From a virus, in the IMG/VR virus record IMGVR_UViG_3300010885_053065, positions 1 to 64,000 of that record: a stretch of 64,000 nucleotides of DNA; one strand, 5' to 3'. Shown piece after piece: positions 1-9,471 of the stretch (positions are counted from its first letter, which is position 1; each line of letters starts with the position of its first letter). Made by a program: the position numbers and the translations under genes. The notes beneath the pieces were generated by a model. It was not told where the DNA came from, did not search any database, and saw only the letters and a list, made by a program, of their open reading frames with translations.

Positions 1-606
1 AATTGGTGCTTTGTCCCAAGCAGAGTCAGTTAGCTTTTGTCGATCACTCCAATTAACTTGGGTAGAGTTATTAGTTCTCATCCAGTCCATAAATCGCAAA
101 CACTTAAAGCCAGTCCATTGCGAGATAAATCTTGGATAAAAAGGATCTGTTAAGTAGTCTGTCTCATTAGCTATAGGTAATACTCTTATATTTCTAATAT
201 AGTTACCTGTATTATTTGGATCAGTAGCTAGTATCGAGACAAGAAAGTTTCCTTTAGGAGCATTAACTACTAGTCTTCCTTGTGAGCTTTGGCTTGGAGT
301 TATTACTATATTATTAGCTTTAATTCTTAGAGTTCCTTCTCCGTCATAAAGAATGACGAACTGGTTATCAACAAAAGTGTTGAAATAAGCAGAGATAAAA
401 GTATAAGTACGTGATTGATTGTTGAGCGGTGTTAAACTTCTAACCCATCCATTTGCATCTTTATTTAGTTTTGTTTGTTCGCCTGTATTCCAAGTATTGT
501 TAGTCTGAGTTAACCACTGTTGCGAAGTTTTAAAGTGATCTTTAAAAGGAACCTCAGAAGAGTAGTAACTAAGTTGATTTAGATTAGTCCCTATTGGTCT
601 TGGCAT
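1..606 (-). CDS. Putative carbohydrate-active ('cellulose-binding'-type) protein, truncated by the window edge
   Basis: Not in ORF track. Manual translation from ATG at 606 gives MPRPIGTNLNQLSYYSSEVPFKDHFK...DANGWVRSL...YDGEG...NYIRNIRV...RFMDWM, resembling a cyanobacterial family known to me. Confidence 0.6.
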   Translation of the reverse strand, partial: MPRPIGTNLNQLSYYSSEVPFKDHFKTSQQWLTQTNNTWNTGEQTKLNKDANGWVRSLTPLNNQSRTYTFISAYFNTFVDNQFVILYDGEGTLRIKANNIVITPSQSSQGRLVVNAPKGNFLVSILATDPNNTGNYIRNIRVLPIANETDYLTDPFYPRFISQWTGFKCLRFMDWMRTNNSTQVNWSDRQKLTDSAWDKAPI

Positions 607-763
607 ACGATTAATTGTATTATTTTCTTTAACTCTAACAGATTCAGAAAACTAACTTTGAGCTACAACAATTAACCAAATTTATCGGAAAATATCTTTA
701 CTCAAAACAAAAACACCAGAGGGTTTTCCAGTGTTTTTGTTGTTAATCTGAATTTTGAAAACT

Positions 764-1117
764 TTAATCAGTAATAAATTCCAAGTCTTCTATAAGGTTG
801 TCAATTAAATCATACTCTGTTGCTAGAACAAGAGTATGATTGGTTAATGTATTTACCCACCAGTAGTGAGTAAGGTTGGCACTGTCAGGATTAAATACCC
901 ACTCAGATAGTTCTTCTTTTGACACCTCTATACCAGTGTTAAACCAGCAAGAGTTCATTTCATCAACAAGAGAGCTTTTTATATTCTCTTGTTGAGTGTA
1001 TTCATTATCAGTAGTTGGGTCAAGTTCCCAATACTGTGCTATTTTATTGTTTATTTCTTTTATAAGTTCTTTAGGAACTCTTTTTATCTCTAAAACTTTT
1101 TTTACTTCGTTGTTCAT
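764..1117 (-). CDS. Hypothetical protein (promoter-cassette gene)
   Basis: 117 aa ORF directly downstream of a TTGACA-17-TACACT promoter. Confidence 0.6.
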   Translation of the reverse strand: MNNEVKKVLEIKRVPKELIKEINNKIAQYWELDPTTDNEYTQQENIKSSLVDEMNSCWFNTGIEVSKEELSEWVFNPDSANLTHYWWVNTLTNHTLVLATEYDLIDNLIEDLEFITD

Positions 1118-1143
1118 ATCTAAACACCCATTTAACTATTAGT

Positions 1144-1172
1144 AGTGTAACAGTTAACTGGGCGTTTGTCAA
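1144..1172 (-). promoter_or_regulatory. Sigma70-type promoter, member of a repeated family
   Basis: TAAACAC-TTGACA-17 bp-TACACT, same context as copies at 34985, 35500, 54918 and 59897. Confidence 0.7.
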
Positions 1173-1211
1173 GTGTTTATAGATGATAATAACCACCTTA
1201 TATACCAGTTG

Positions 1212-1478
1212 TTATTTGGCTCTTAGACTTGGGTACAATTCGTTAATTTTTTGAGACACGTAACCCAACTGTTCAATCGTTATGTCATTGTTTTCAACTA
1301 TATTGTCTAAGGTTTCTAGATAACTATTTTTAGGTACAACGGTTAAATAAATAACCTTACTCCAATCTTCAATCATGTTAAAAGTATTTTGGTAACTTGA
1401 GCCGTACAAAACAATCGGGACGGCAATCAATGAAGAGTTCATAAGCATACTTAAATGATAATTACAGTTTTCGCTCAT
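1212..1478 (-). CDS. Hypothetical protein
   Basis: ORF overlaps the stop of the upstream gene (ATGA coupling). Confidence 0.55.
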   Translation of the reverse strand: MSENCNYHLSMLMNSSLIAVPIVLYGSSYQNTFNMIEDWSKVIYLTVVPKNSYLETLDNIVENNDITIEQLGYVSQKINELYPSLRAK

Positions 1479-2272
1479 GCATCCAAACTCATGCCAGCAG
1501 CGTGCAAATGTCCTCCTCCCGAATATGCCTTAGCTAAAGCACTAGCATCGCCATCGTCCCGACTACGTACTGAAAATATTTTCTTACTTCCTACCTGATA
1601 CCAACAAGCAGCAATATTAGTATTGTACTCAGACATAATCGCCTGACAGGTTTCAGAAGGATAATTCTGAGTATTGCAAGCTTTGATTGTTTCCCCATTG
1701 GGTAGGGTTAGATCGTATGCTCTTTTTACTTGGGTTTTAATAACTTGGTCTTGTTGTTTGAGGAGGTAAGAACCGGCGTTATATAACGCTTCAAGGGATC
1801 TCCACTCGTCTTCGATTAGTTCATACCAAGTTCTAAAGGTTTTTTCCTCTAACCATAAAGCTGCTGTAATTGCCTTGGTTTCAGGATAGTAAAACCTCCA
1901 TAAATCCCTATCTTCAATATGTCTTAACAATTGGGGAATCTTTTTGTCTAGGTTGAAATATTCCCAAGCAATCACACAGCCTGATCTCTCCATATCAAAT
2001 ACCGAGTCTTTATAACTTAGTAAATCTTGCTGAGCAGTCTTATGGTGGTCTAAAACCACTACTCTCTTGTGTATTTTTTGTTGTATTAGTAGTTGTTCTA
2101 AAGGGTAGCTAAAATCTACTATATAAACTTCAGAACCTATTAGCAAGTTTTCTGGTGGTTCTTGACCATATTGAACAGGGATGTATTCAGCATCGTCGCC
2201 AAACTTGCACCATGCGGCATAAGCGGCACCAAACCCATCTAGACAATTGTCATGATATAGTACATAAATCAT
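1475..2272 (-). CDS. DHH/DHHA1 phosphoesterase
   Basis: YHDNCLDG, VDFS, LDHH and GGGHLHAAG motifs. Confidence 0.9.
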   Translation of the reverse strand: MIYVLYHDNCLDGFGAAYAAWCKFGDDAEYIPVQYGQEPPENLLIGSEVYIVDFSYPLEQLLIQQKIHKRVVVLDHHKTAQQDLLSYKDSVFDMERSGCVIAWEYFNLDKKIPQLLRHIEDRDLWRFYYPETKAITAALWLEEKTFRTWYELIEDEWRSLEALYNAGSYLLKQQDQVIKTQVKRAYDLTLPNGETIKACNTQNYPSETCQAIMSEYNTNIAACWYQVGSKKIFSVRSRDDGDASALAKAYSGGGHLHAAGMSLDA

Positions 2273-2332
2273 TTTGTCTCCTTTGATTGGATAAATAGCC
2301 AGTTTAACGACTTGGCTTAGGTCACATCAATT

Positions 2333-3274
2333 TTAAAACGGTATTGCGTCAAAATCAGGTTGCACTTCCTGATAAGAAACTGACTGCACAGTTTCTTTCT
2401 TGTGAGTGTAAGTAGGGAAGTCAGCAAAAGACTCAAATAAACTTACTATAGTTTGTCCTACTTCGGTATCCTTACCGATATAAAGTTTATCAAAAGCCTC
2501 TGTAGTGGTCTCCACTTGTCTTTCTCTTACTGTTTTAGTAACAGAGATACCAACCTCACCTAGGGTAGGAACTTTATAACTTTGTGGCACAACAAATGCT
2601 GCTTTCTCTCCATTCTTGTGATAACCAAAACTCACGTCAAACACACACAAAGCATGAACAAGATTACTGAACCTTGTTCCTACAGGTTTCTTAGTTAACT
2701 GTGCAATAACTGCATCTACTTGTCCATAAAAATCTTGAAGAGCAGATCCTATACTCCCCCCTGGTCCTTTTCCCATGGGAAGAGATAAAGGCAAAGCATG
2801 CAGAGGTTGATTATTTTGATCTAGTAAAAGAACTAGGTTCCTTGTCTTCATTCTCCACTTTTTTTTAACACCTTGTTGTTCTTTTTCTTCCTTAGCTGCA
2901 TCGGTCAGTTGATCATTGCGATAAGCAAGGTCTTCAAAAACAAAGCGTCCTTGCTCGTTCTTTTTCTCAATCTCTGGAGCAGAGCGATGAAGAAAAACTA
3001 TTCTTGCAGAAGTAGTAATATATCCTTCTATTTCCTTTTCTTCTACTCCTAAAATGGCTGTATATTCAGCCCATTGAGTAGTAGAAGAAAAACCTATTTG
3101 CTCAGCCTGTTTTTTAGGAAGAAATAAACCATAAGGGATGTTACCTCTTTTAATCTCTTTAAGAGTACCTTTAGGGTTGATAAACTGAGCGTAATTTAAA
3201 GACTGTTTTCCAGTAGCTTCTTGACATTCAAAATCTGCAACGTTGACATTGGTAATGACTGCTAAGTTTGACAT
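2333..3274 (-). CDS. DUF5895-like protein, candidate ssDNA-binding protein
   Basis: Resembles cyanobacterial DUF5895. Ends in an acidic SSB-like tail, PDFDAIPF. Confidence 0.5.
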   Translation of the reverse strand: MSNLAVITNVNVADFECQEATGKQSLNYAQFINPKGTLKEIKRGNIPYGLFLPKKQAEQIGFSSTTQWAEYTAILGVEEKEIEGYITTSARIVFLHRSAPEIEKKNEQGRFVFEDLAYRNDQLTDAAKEEKEQQGVKKKWRMKTRNLVLLLDQNNQPLHALPLSLPMGKGPGGSIGSALQDFYGQVDAVIAQLTKKPVGTRFSNLVHALCVFDVSFGYHKNGEKAAFVVPQSYKVPTLGEVGISVTKTVRERQVETTTEAFDKLYIGKDTEVGQTIVSLFESFADFPTYTHKKETVQSVSYQEVQPDFDAIPF

Positions 3275-3373
3275 TTTGTTGACCTCTTTATTGATAAGTT
3301 AGTGATATTTATTTCCCTCTATTTTAACACAACAAATTAACCTATTGAGGGAATAAATAGGTTAATTTACTAA

Positions 3374-3718
3374 CTAAAAAGGGATAGAGAATGTCTCACT
3401 TATTCGGCATTTCCTGGCATACGGTCTACCAGAATTTACCTCTACTCCACGAATAAAAACTACATCTGCTGCTGTACGAAACGTTGATGCGATCTTAATA
3501 GGTACATAGTAGCGTTTCATCCACTTTTCACCATCTCCACATACCCAGTCAGAAATAACTTCTCCTCTTGTTAAATCTGCTGCTGAAATAGAAAAGGTTT
3601 CTTCAGGTGTGTAAGTGTCCCAAGTATTGCTGTATAATTGATGCATGGCTTGTCTCCTTTGTTTTTTGATGTTTATGAGCCATGCCAAGGGATTGTTAGC
3701 GCTTCCCCTTGGCTTCAT
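3374..3718 (-). CDS. Hypothetical protein
   Basis: True start is probably the internal Met after the AAGGAGACAAG RBS (~3646). Confidence 0.55.
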   Translation of the reverse strand: MKPRGSANNPLAWLINIKKQRRQAMHQLYSNTWDTYTPEETFSISAADLTRGEVISDWVCGDGEKWMKRYYVPIKIASTFRTAADVVFIRGVEVNSGRPYARKCRISETFSIPF

Positions 3719-3796
3719 GTTTTATATAATACTCTCGAAACCGATAGATTGTCAATAGGAAAATAAAATATTTTTTATAAAGTTTTGTTAAGGTAA

Positions 3797-4126
3797 ATGG
3801 ATAGTAAGAACATATTAGATCAGGACTTATCAGCTATTATTGGTGTTTGCCAAATAATAGAAAAAGGAATGGCTTTTCCTCCTGAAGGAGTACTTAAGAA
3901 AACTTCTTTGCGTGCTTTACGTATTTATGGACTACTTACGTATGAAGGGAAAAAGGCTTCTGATATTGTTATTGATTACAAAAATCGCTATCAAGAGTCT
4001 ATCGGGCTGGAGAGAGTAATAACTTTACTTTCGTCACTTCAGCAACACGGAGCCCCAATAGCCTGCAACAAAGAACAGGTAGACGGGAAGGGAAGGTTTA
4101 TTAATTTTTGGTTGAAAACTGAATAG
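3797..4126 (+). CDS. Hypothetical protein
   Basis: 109 aa ORF followed by a hairpin. Confidence 0.55.
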   Translation: MDSKNILDQDLSAIIGVCQIIEKGMAFPPEGVLKKTSLRALRIYGLLTYEGKKASDIVIDYKNRYQESIGLERVITLLSSLQQHGAPIACNKEQVDGKGRFINFWLKTE

Positions 4127-4236
4127 ATTTTTTAGACAGAGTAAAACGAGTGTTCGACTAACTAAAACCAATCTAACCCAATCTCTAAAAAGCACCCACA
4201 CAAAACTAATGGGTGCTTTTATTAGTACACACCCCT

Positions 4237-4745
4237 TTAAAAACTTAATTAAGAAAAAGACAACTTAACAAGTAAGTAAGTCCTACTGATTCTAATTTCA
4301 CTTTATTTGAGTCTGTAGGGCTTATTTATTTCTTTTTGGTAGAAAGAATAGCTTAGGTATATTTACCCGTCTTGTAACTCAAATTTAAGTGAGTTAGAGA
4401 GTATTTTAATTGGTTATAGGAATTTAATTAATTTTAAAAATCAAAAGCAGCTGCCGCTCCGGATCTTGTTGTTTGTTAATTTTATTATTTGTTAATAGAT
4501 CGTATTTATATATAAGCTGATCCTGTGCGAGCAGTTTCATGTGCGAGCAGAAGACTACGCACGCACAAAACGTGCGAGCAGTGGGATGTGCTCTAGAGTA
4601 AGGTTCTAGCCAAAGCTCAAAACGCTGTAATCAAAACACTCTCAAAAAAGTCTTGAGACATTCAAATAGGTTTCTATTAGGAAGATTGCTTAATATCAGA
4701 AATTTAATTAAATTTTTAGCCGTGTGTGGAGATGGCTAGTTATTA
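4237..4745. repeat. Dispersed non-coding repeat, copy 1 (inverted relative to copies 2 and 3)
   Basis: Near reverse complement of 54340-54849, with internal GTGCGAGCAG repeats. Confidence 0.95.
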
Positions 4746-4810
4746 ATATCTGAAGAAATTTTGCTATTCAAAAAAAAGACACGCGATAACGAGTGTCTTT
4801 TAAATTACTA

Positions 4811-5227
4811 TTATTTTTTGCTGGCAGCGTATAGGATTGTGCCTGAGATGAAAGCAATCCCACCAATTTCTATCAAATTTCTTTGCTCGTTCATTAAACC
4901 AGTGTTATAGACTTCGCTGAAACTGTCTGTTCTTACTGTTGTTGGTTTAAAGACACCAAAAATAATCAATATAAAGCCACCTAGCATCAGCAATATTCCG
5001 CTACTAGAAGAAGACGTGCTTTTATACTTTTCTATAGGATTTTCTGGGAGAAGATAAATATCTTGCGCTATTTTCCCAGAAACCTGAAAATCCACTGCTA
5101 AATCTTTTACAGGAAAACTAGTTTTGTCTTTCCAGTCGTTGTTAGAAAATGAGTATCTTTTACCGTCAGTGCCCAAGATAACATCCTGATTAGACGCAAT
5201 ATCAAAGGTCAAAACTTTTCCTTTCAT
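4811..5227 (-). CDS. Membrane protein with cold-shock-like N-terminal domain
   Basis: MKGKVLTFD...GTDGKRYSF..W...VDF pattern plus two hydrophobic segments. Confidence 0.6.
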   Translation of the reverse strand: MKGKVLTFDIASNQDVILGTDGKRYSFSNNDWKDKTSFPVKDLAVDFQVSGKIAQDIYLLPENPIEKYKSTSSSSSGILLMLGGFILIIFGVFKPTTVRTDSFSEVYNTGLMNEQRNLIEIGGIAFISGTILYAASKK

Positions 5228-5326
5228 GATTTAGGTGATTTACGTCATATTCCAGTGTTTTTACAGTGGTAGTATTGCAGCTAACTACGTACAGTAGTAA
5301 GAAGCATTATTTTAGTCGAAGCTTTA

Positions 5327-5644
5327 TCAATTCTCTACTAATTTGAGTCCATTCGCTTCCAAGACTCGTTTCCGTTGGTATAGTGTAAGTTCTCTTGCTA
5401 AAAGAGATAAGGGTGGCTTACCTTCTAGAAATCCTTTACATTCTTCTAGTGTCCAGCCTAATGCTGCTGCTAATTGTGCCCAAACAAGTGTAGGACCTGG
5501 ACCTTTGTTGTTAGGGTTCAACCACTTACTAATCGTGCTTTGACCAATACCAACAGCCCTAGCCATTCCGCTTTGGCTTTTGTATTTGGTCTCGATCAAA
5601 TCTATAACAAATTCTCTTACTTCGTTTTTATTGGTCGCAAGCAT
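5327..5644 (-). CDS. XRE-family HTH repressor (CI-like)
   Basis: SQSGMARAVGIGQSTISKWLN HTH, divergent from a small regulator. Confidence 0.8.
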   Translation of the reverse strand: MLATNKNEVREFVIDLIETKYKSQSGMARAVGIGQSTISKWLNPNNKGPGPTLVWAQLAAALGWTLEECKGFLEGKPPLSLLARELTLYQRKRVLEANGLKLVEN

Positions 5645-5659
5645 GTTTCTCCTTAATAT

Positions 5660-5820
5660 ATAGACTGAAAAAAAATGAGTCTTCTATTCAACTATTCAAC
5701 TATTAGACTATTCCATTAGTCTAATAGTCTATTAATCACATTGTATACTTTATTCCTAAATGATAAATCAATTAAAGGAAAATTAGTCTACTCGACTAAT
5801 AGACTAATTGATTATAATGT
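5660..5820. promoter_or_regulatory. Lysis-lysogeny switch region with operator-like repeats
   Basis: Palindromes ATTAGACTA-6-TAGTCTAAT (5702-5725) and AATTAGTCTA-9-TAGACTAATT (5781-5809), 8-bp tandem CTATTCAA, TATAAT near 5813. Confidence 0.65.
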
Positions 5821-5868
5821 AAAAACATTCGGTAGTCAATTAAATCAAACCACATTTTAGAGTCAAAT

Positions 5869-6057
5869 ATGAATATAGAACAGGGTATAGAAAAAGTAAC
5901 GTTCAAGATGCCAGCAGAGTATAAAAAAGCACTCAAGACAATAGCTGTTAGAGACAACACAACTATGGATGAATTGGTACGTTCTTCTATAGTAAAGACT
6001 TATGGTGAAGAAATTGAAAAAATTATTTCAGATATCTACCCCAAAATAAAATCTTAA
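5869..6057 (+). CDS. Ribbon-helix-helix regulator in Cro-like position
   Basis: KVTFKMPAEYKKALKTIAVRDNTTMDELVR RHH pattern. Confidence 0.7.
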   Translation: MNIEQGIEKVTFKMPAEYKKALKTIAVRDNTTMDELVRSSIVKTYGEEIEKIISDIYPKIKS

Positions 6058-6082
6058 GCTATAATGAACATATCTATTCTAC

Positions 6083-7348
6083 TTGCATAGATATGTTGAT
6101 TATAGACTATTTAGGGGGAATATGTCAGTGCAAAGTGTTTACAGGTCAAAAAATCTCTGTAATTTCACACAGATATCTAATCTTTTACTCCAAAGGTGCG
6201 ACCTAGAGATAGAAGAGCTAGGGGTTTTAGCTAAGGTGTTGAGTTTTCCTACTGATTGGCAGTTTAGACTCAACTGGTTTTTAGAGAACTTCAGTATTGG
6301 AAGAACCAAGTTGAAACGCATACTTGATTCACTGAAGTCCAAAGGGTATTTACACGCCTTTCAGGAAAGGTCTGGTAGATTCTTTGGGATGTTTAGGTAT
6401 GTTTTCTTTGAGTCTCCTACACTGAATCCTTATTTCACTAATACATCTAATAGTGTATCGGGATTTAGTGAGCAATCAAACAGTAAGATTACTGAAATCA
6501 GTAATCTTACACCAACCATTGAATGTATTGAATACAAGACAGAGAGTGTAGTCAATAGTTCTGAGAACATTGATAAAGAGAATCAATCGGTTAATAATGA
6601 ATCAATTATTAATACCGATAATTCTACTGAAAACAATGATGAGTTAATAGTTACCGATACGGTATTAATTCCAGAAGTAGAAGAAGAAAAACAGATAGTT
6701 GTAAGTAATCAACCTGATCTTGAGAAAAGTGCTGAATACAGTACTCTGTGGAATTTACAGAGAAGGCTGGGGATTCAGTTAAGAAATGACGCGAGAGAGA
6801 CTTACAGATCTAATGCTCGTAAAGAAAGTGAAGCTACGTATCACTTAGAGTTCTCCCAAGAGGTCAACCGAGATCCAAAGCAGGTAAGAGCAGACTTTCA
6901 AGACTTTCTTTTAAATGCTGTAACTGAACGGAAAGGACCGAATGATCCTGTTAGTTATGCAGCCAAAATACAGCGTTCACTAGTGGATGATCCTGAATCT
7001 GCACAGCTTAATGGGTATTGGGTTGAGTTTAAGGAACTCTACAGAGATGCAATAGATAGTGGGAAGAGGTTTGATTCTATTAAGGCTGCTATTCCCAAGA
7101 CCAAGGAAGAGAAGCTAAAAGAGCTAACTTACGATCAATTATTCTCTTATTGTTCTTCTGCTAAGGGATCTGGCGACATAACAGAATTTTGGGGTAATAA
7201 AGGCGAAGAAGTTAAAAATATTCGGGTTAAATTCCCACATTATGCAGCACCAGTAGATGCATATCATTACGCTGATAAATTAAGGAGCATTTGGAAAAGA
7301 AATGGAGCAGACAAAATATCCTTCGATACCGAAGATGATTTTACCTAG
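6083..7348 (+). CDS. Phage replication initiator (N-terminal wHTH)
   Basis: NFTQISN...LSFPTDW...GRTKLKRILDSLKSKGYL...VFFESP. Start is probably ATG at 6122. Confidence 0.7.
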   Translation: MHRYVDYRLFRGNMSVQSVYRSKNLCNFTQISNLLLQRCDLEIEELGVLAKVLSFPTDWQFRLNWFLENFSIGRTKLKRILDSLKSKGYLHAFQERSGRFFGMFRYVFFESPTLNPYFTNTSNSVSGFSEQSNSKITEISNLTPTIECIEYKTESVVNSSENIDKENQSVNNESIINTDNSTENNDELIVTDTVLIPEVEEEKQIVVSNQPDLEKSAEYSTLWNLQRRLGIQLRNDARETYRSNARKESEATYHLEFSQEVNRDPKQVRADFQDFLLNAVTERKGPNDPVSYAAKIQRSLVDDPESAQLNGYWVEFKELYRDAIDSGKRFDSIKAAIPKTKEEKLKELTYDQLFSYCSSAKGSGDITEFWGNKGEEVKNIRVKFPHYAAPVDAYHYADKLRSIWKRNGADKISFDTEDDFT

Positions 7349-8048
7349 TATTGAAAGTCTGATTCAAGATAGAGAGATAGATACAGCACAGGATTCGATA
7401 CCGAAAAGAACTCTACCTAGAATCGTTATTCCGATTGAAGACAGGGAAATATTTCAACCTAACTGGAATTGTTTCTGCTGTGAGGATAGCGGAATAATTA
7501 AAGAAAGTCTCATGCGCTTGGTAGATCCAAGTTACGATGTCAACTCTCACGGCTACTACCGTTGTGATAATTGTGAGAAGTACAAGGAGACTTACACAAC
7601 TCAAAGAATATCTGAAGGTTCAAAGAAAGGTGGATGTAGTAACCCACCACCAATTGGAACAGATGTCTTGAATGGAAAGAAATTAGACGCGGAGACATGC
7701 CACTCTTTACATAACTTAAATAAAAAGCAGTGGGAAAAGACAGCAAAAGAGCAACAAAAAGAAATTGTTTCCAGAGCCAAGGACGAACAGAAAGAGGTCT
7801 TACCTGACCCAGAAAACAACAAAACGAATTCTCCTATTCTAACAAATCCAGCAGAAACCGAAGACAATATCTGGGCTAACGTTTCAGTACAGAGAAAACT
7901 CTTAATTGAGGAGTATTACTCGATTGTCAACAAACTTGGCAAGACGCCTGCTCCTTTACAACGCTTGATAGATGGTGATTTAAACAAGTTTGCTGACCAT
8001 ATAGACGATTTGAAGAGTAAGTATAGCCAACAGGAGGTACTAGTGTGA
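7302..8048 (+). CDS. Zn-finger protein coupled to the initiator
   Basis: CFCCEDSG and CDNC motifs. Confidence 0.55.
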   Translation: MEQTKYPSIPKMILPSIESLIQDREIDTAQDSIPKRTLPRIVIPIEDREIFQPNWNCFCCEDSGIIKESLMRLVDPSYDVNSHGYYRCDNCEKYKETYTTQRISEGSKKGGCSNPPPIGTDVLNGKKLDAETCHSLHNLNKKQWEKTAKEQQKEIVSRAKDEQKEVLPDPENNKTNSPILTNPAETEDNIWANVSVQRKLLIEEYYSIVNKLGKTPAPLQRLIDGDLNKFADHIDDLKSKYSQQEVLV

Positions 8049-8842
8049 AAACGGTATTATGCTGTGGGCTAGGAGTGGATTCAACAGCTTTACTAATTCT
8101 TTGTAAACAAATCAGTCTAGTTCCAGATTTAATTTTGTTTGCTGACACTGGAGGCGAAAAACCAGAAACCTACCATTTTAAAGAGATTTTAGAGAAATGG
8201 TTAGATGATAATGGGTTTCCTAAGTTAGTAACAGTCAAGGCTCAATACAAAGCTAAAGGAAAAGTAGTTACTACTTTGGAAGAGCAGCTTTTAGAGTGGG
8301 CTAGACTACCTGGCATTGCTTACGGTATCAAACAATGTTCTGTTGAGTGGAAAAAGAATCCATGCGACAAATATTGCAAGTCCACTTATCCTGAGGAAGA
8401 GTTTACTTATCTTATCTCCTATAACGCTGATGAACTAAAGCGTATGGAAGGAAAACAAGAAAAGGTAGGTATTTTCACATATAAGTATCCTTTGATTGAA
8501 GCAGGATGGGGACGGTTAAGATGTTTGGAAGAAATAGCTAAAAGCGATCTTCCCTTCCCTACAAAATCAAGTTGCTTCTTCTGTCCTAGTAGCAAGAAAA
8601 AAGACATCAAACTACTTAATGAAAAGTATCCAAAGTTAATGCAAAGGGCATTAACTTTGGAGGAAAAAGCCAATGACGGAGGAACTGTTGTTGGTCTTGG
8701 TCGCAGGTTTAAGTGGTCAGATTTAATAGAGCAAGAAAACAATCAATACAAATTAGATTTAGATTTTGAATCTAATATCAGTGCCTGTGGCTGTATTGAA
8801 GCAGGAGTAAATATCGACAACTATTGGAATCAATTTGAATAA
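8045..8842 (+). CDS. PAPS reductase-family (PP-loop) protein
   Basis: GLGVDSTAL, FADTGGEKPETY, KSSCFFCP. Confidence 0.85.
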   Translation: MKTVLCCGLGVDSTALLILCKQISLVPDLILFADTGGEKPETYHFKEILEKWLDDNGFPKLVTVKAQYKAKGKVVTTLEEQLLEWARLPGIAYGIKQCSVEWKKNPCDKYCKSTYPEEEFTYLISYNADELKRMEGKQEKVGIFTYKYPLIEAGWGRLRCLEEIAKSDLPFPTKSSCFFCPSSKKKDIKLLNEKYPKLMQRALTLEEKANDGGTVVGLGRRFKWSDLIEQENNQYKLDLDFESNISACGCIEAGVNIDNYWNQFE

Positions 8843-8860
8843 TTAGCAGGAGGTACTACT

Positions 8861-9079
8861 GTGAACTCTTACAGATTTTTATCAAAGTTACAAGAATTAG
8901 TCAAAGAAAAAGGATGGGAGCTAGAAACCCGAAGAGGTGCAACTTCCCATATGGTCTTGAGCTTATATCGAGACAATCGTAGGTTGACGGCACTACTCCC
9001 AATGAAAAAAGGACAAGATTTAAGTTTTGTTCTTGAGAAGAAAATTATCAGAAATCTAGAGCTAAAGGGGATGTTATGA
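8861..9079 (+). CDS. HicA-like small protein
   Basis: GWELETRRGATSH, 72 aa, good RBS. Confidence 0.45.
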   Translation: MNSYRFLSKLQELVKEKGWELETRRGATSHMVLSLYRDNRRLTALLPMKKGQDLSFVLEKKIIRNLELKGML

Positions 9080-9471
9080 CAACAGACGACATGATTAAAA
9101 CCCTACTAGTTGAGTTGAACCAAAAGATCACTCAACTAGAGAAAGAGTACTCAACTACAGAGACAGCAGGGAAGAGAGCTTTAAAGAGCAAATCTAAAGA
9201 GCTTGAAGAAAAGATTGGGTTAGTAAAGAATCGGTTCTCAAGAATCAAATCTAGCTTGCTTCAGTACAGTATTTTCCAACCAGGAGATTTAGTTAAAGAG
9301 ATAAAAAAGCCAGAACTTATGTGGAGAGAACCTTTTAAAGGAAAAGTAACTCAGCTTTACGTCTCTCAAAGTTACCTACCTTGTGTTTACGTTCAATGGT
9401 TCAGTGAGTTTAACGAGTCCGGTATTTCCTACCCAGAGTCACCTTTCAACCTAGAGAAAATAGAGTCATGA
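9076..9471 (+). CDS. Hypothetical protein
   Basis: Coupled ORF within the operon. Confidence 0.6.
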   Translation: MTTDDMIKTLLVELNQKITQLEKEYSTTETAGKRALKSKSKELEEKIGLVKNRFSRIKSSLLQYSIFQPGDLVKEIKKPELMWREPFKGKVTQLYVSQSYLPCVYVQWFSEFNESGISYPESPFNLEKIES

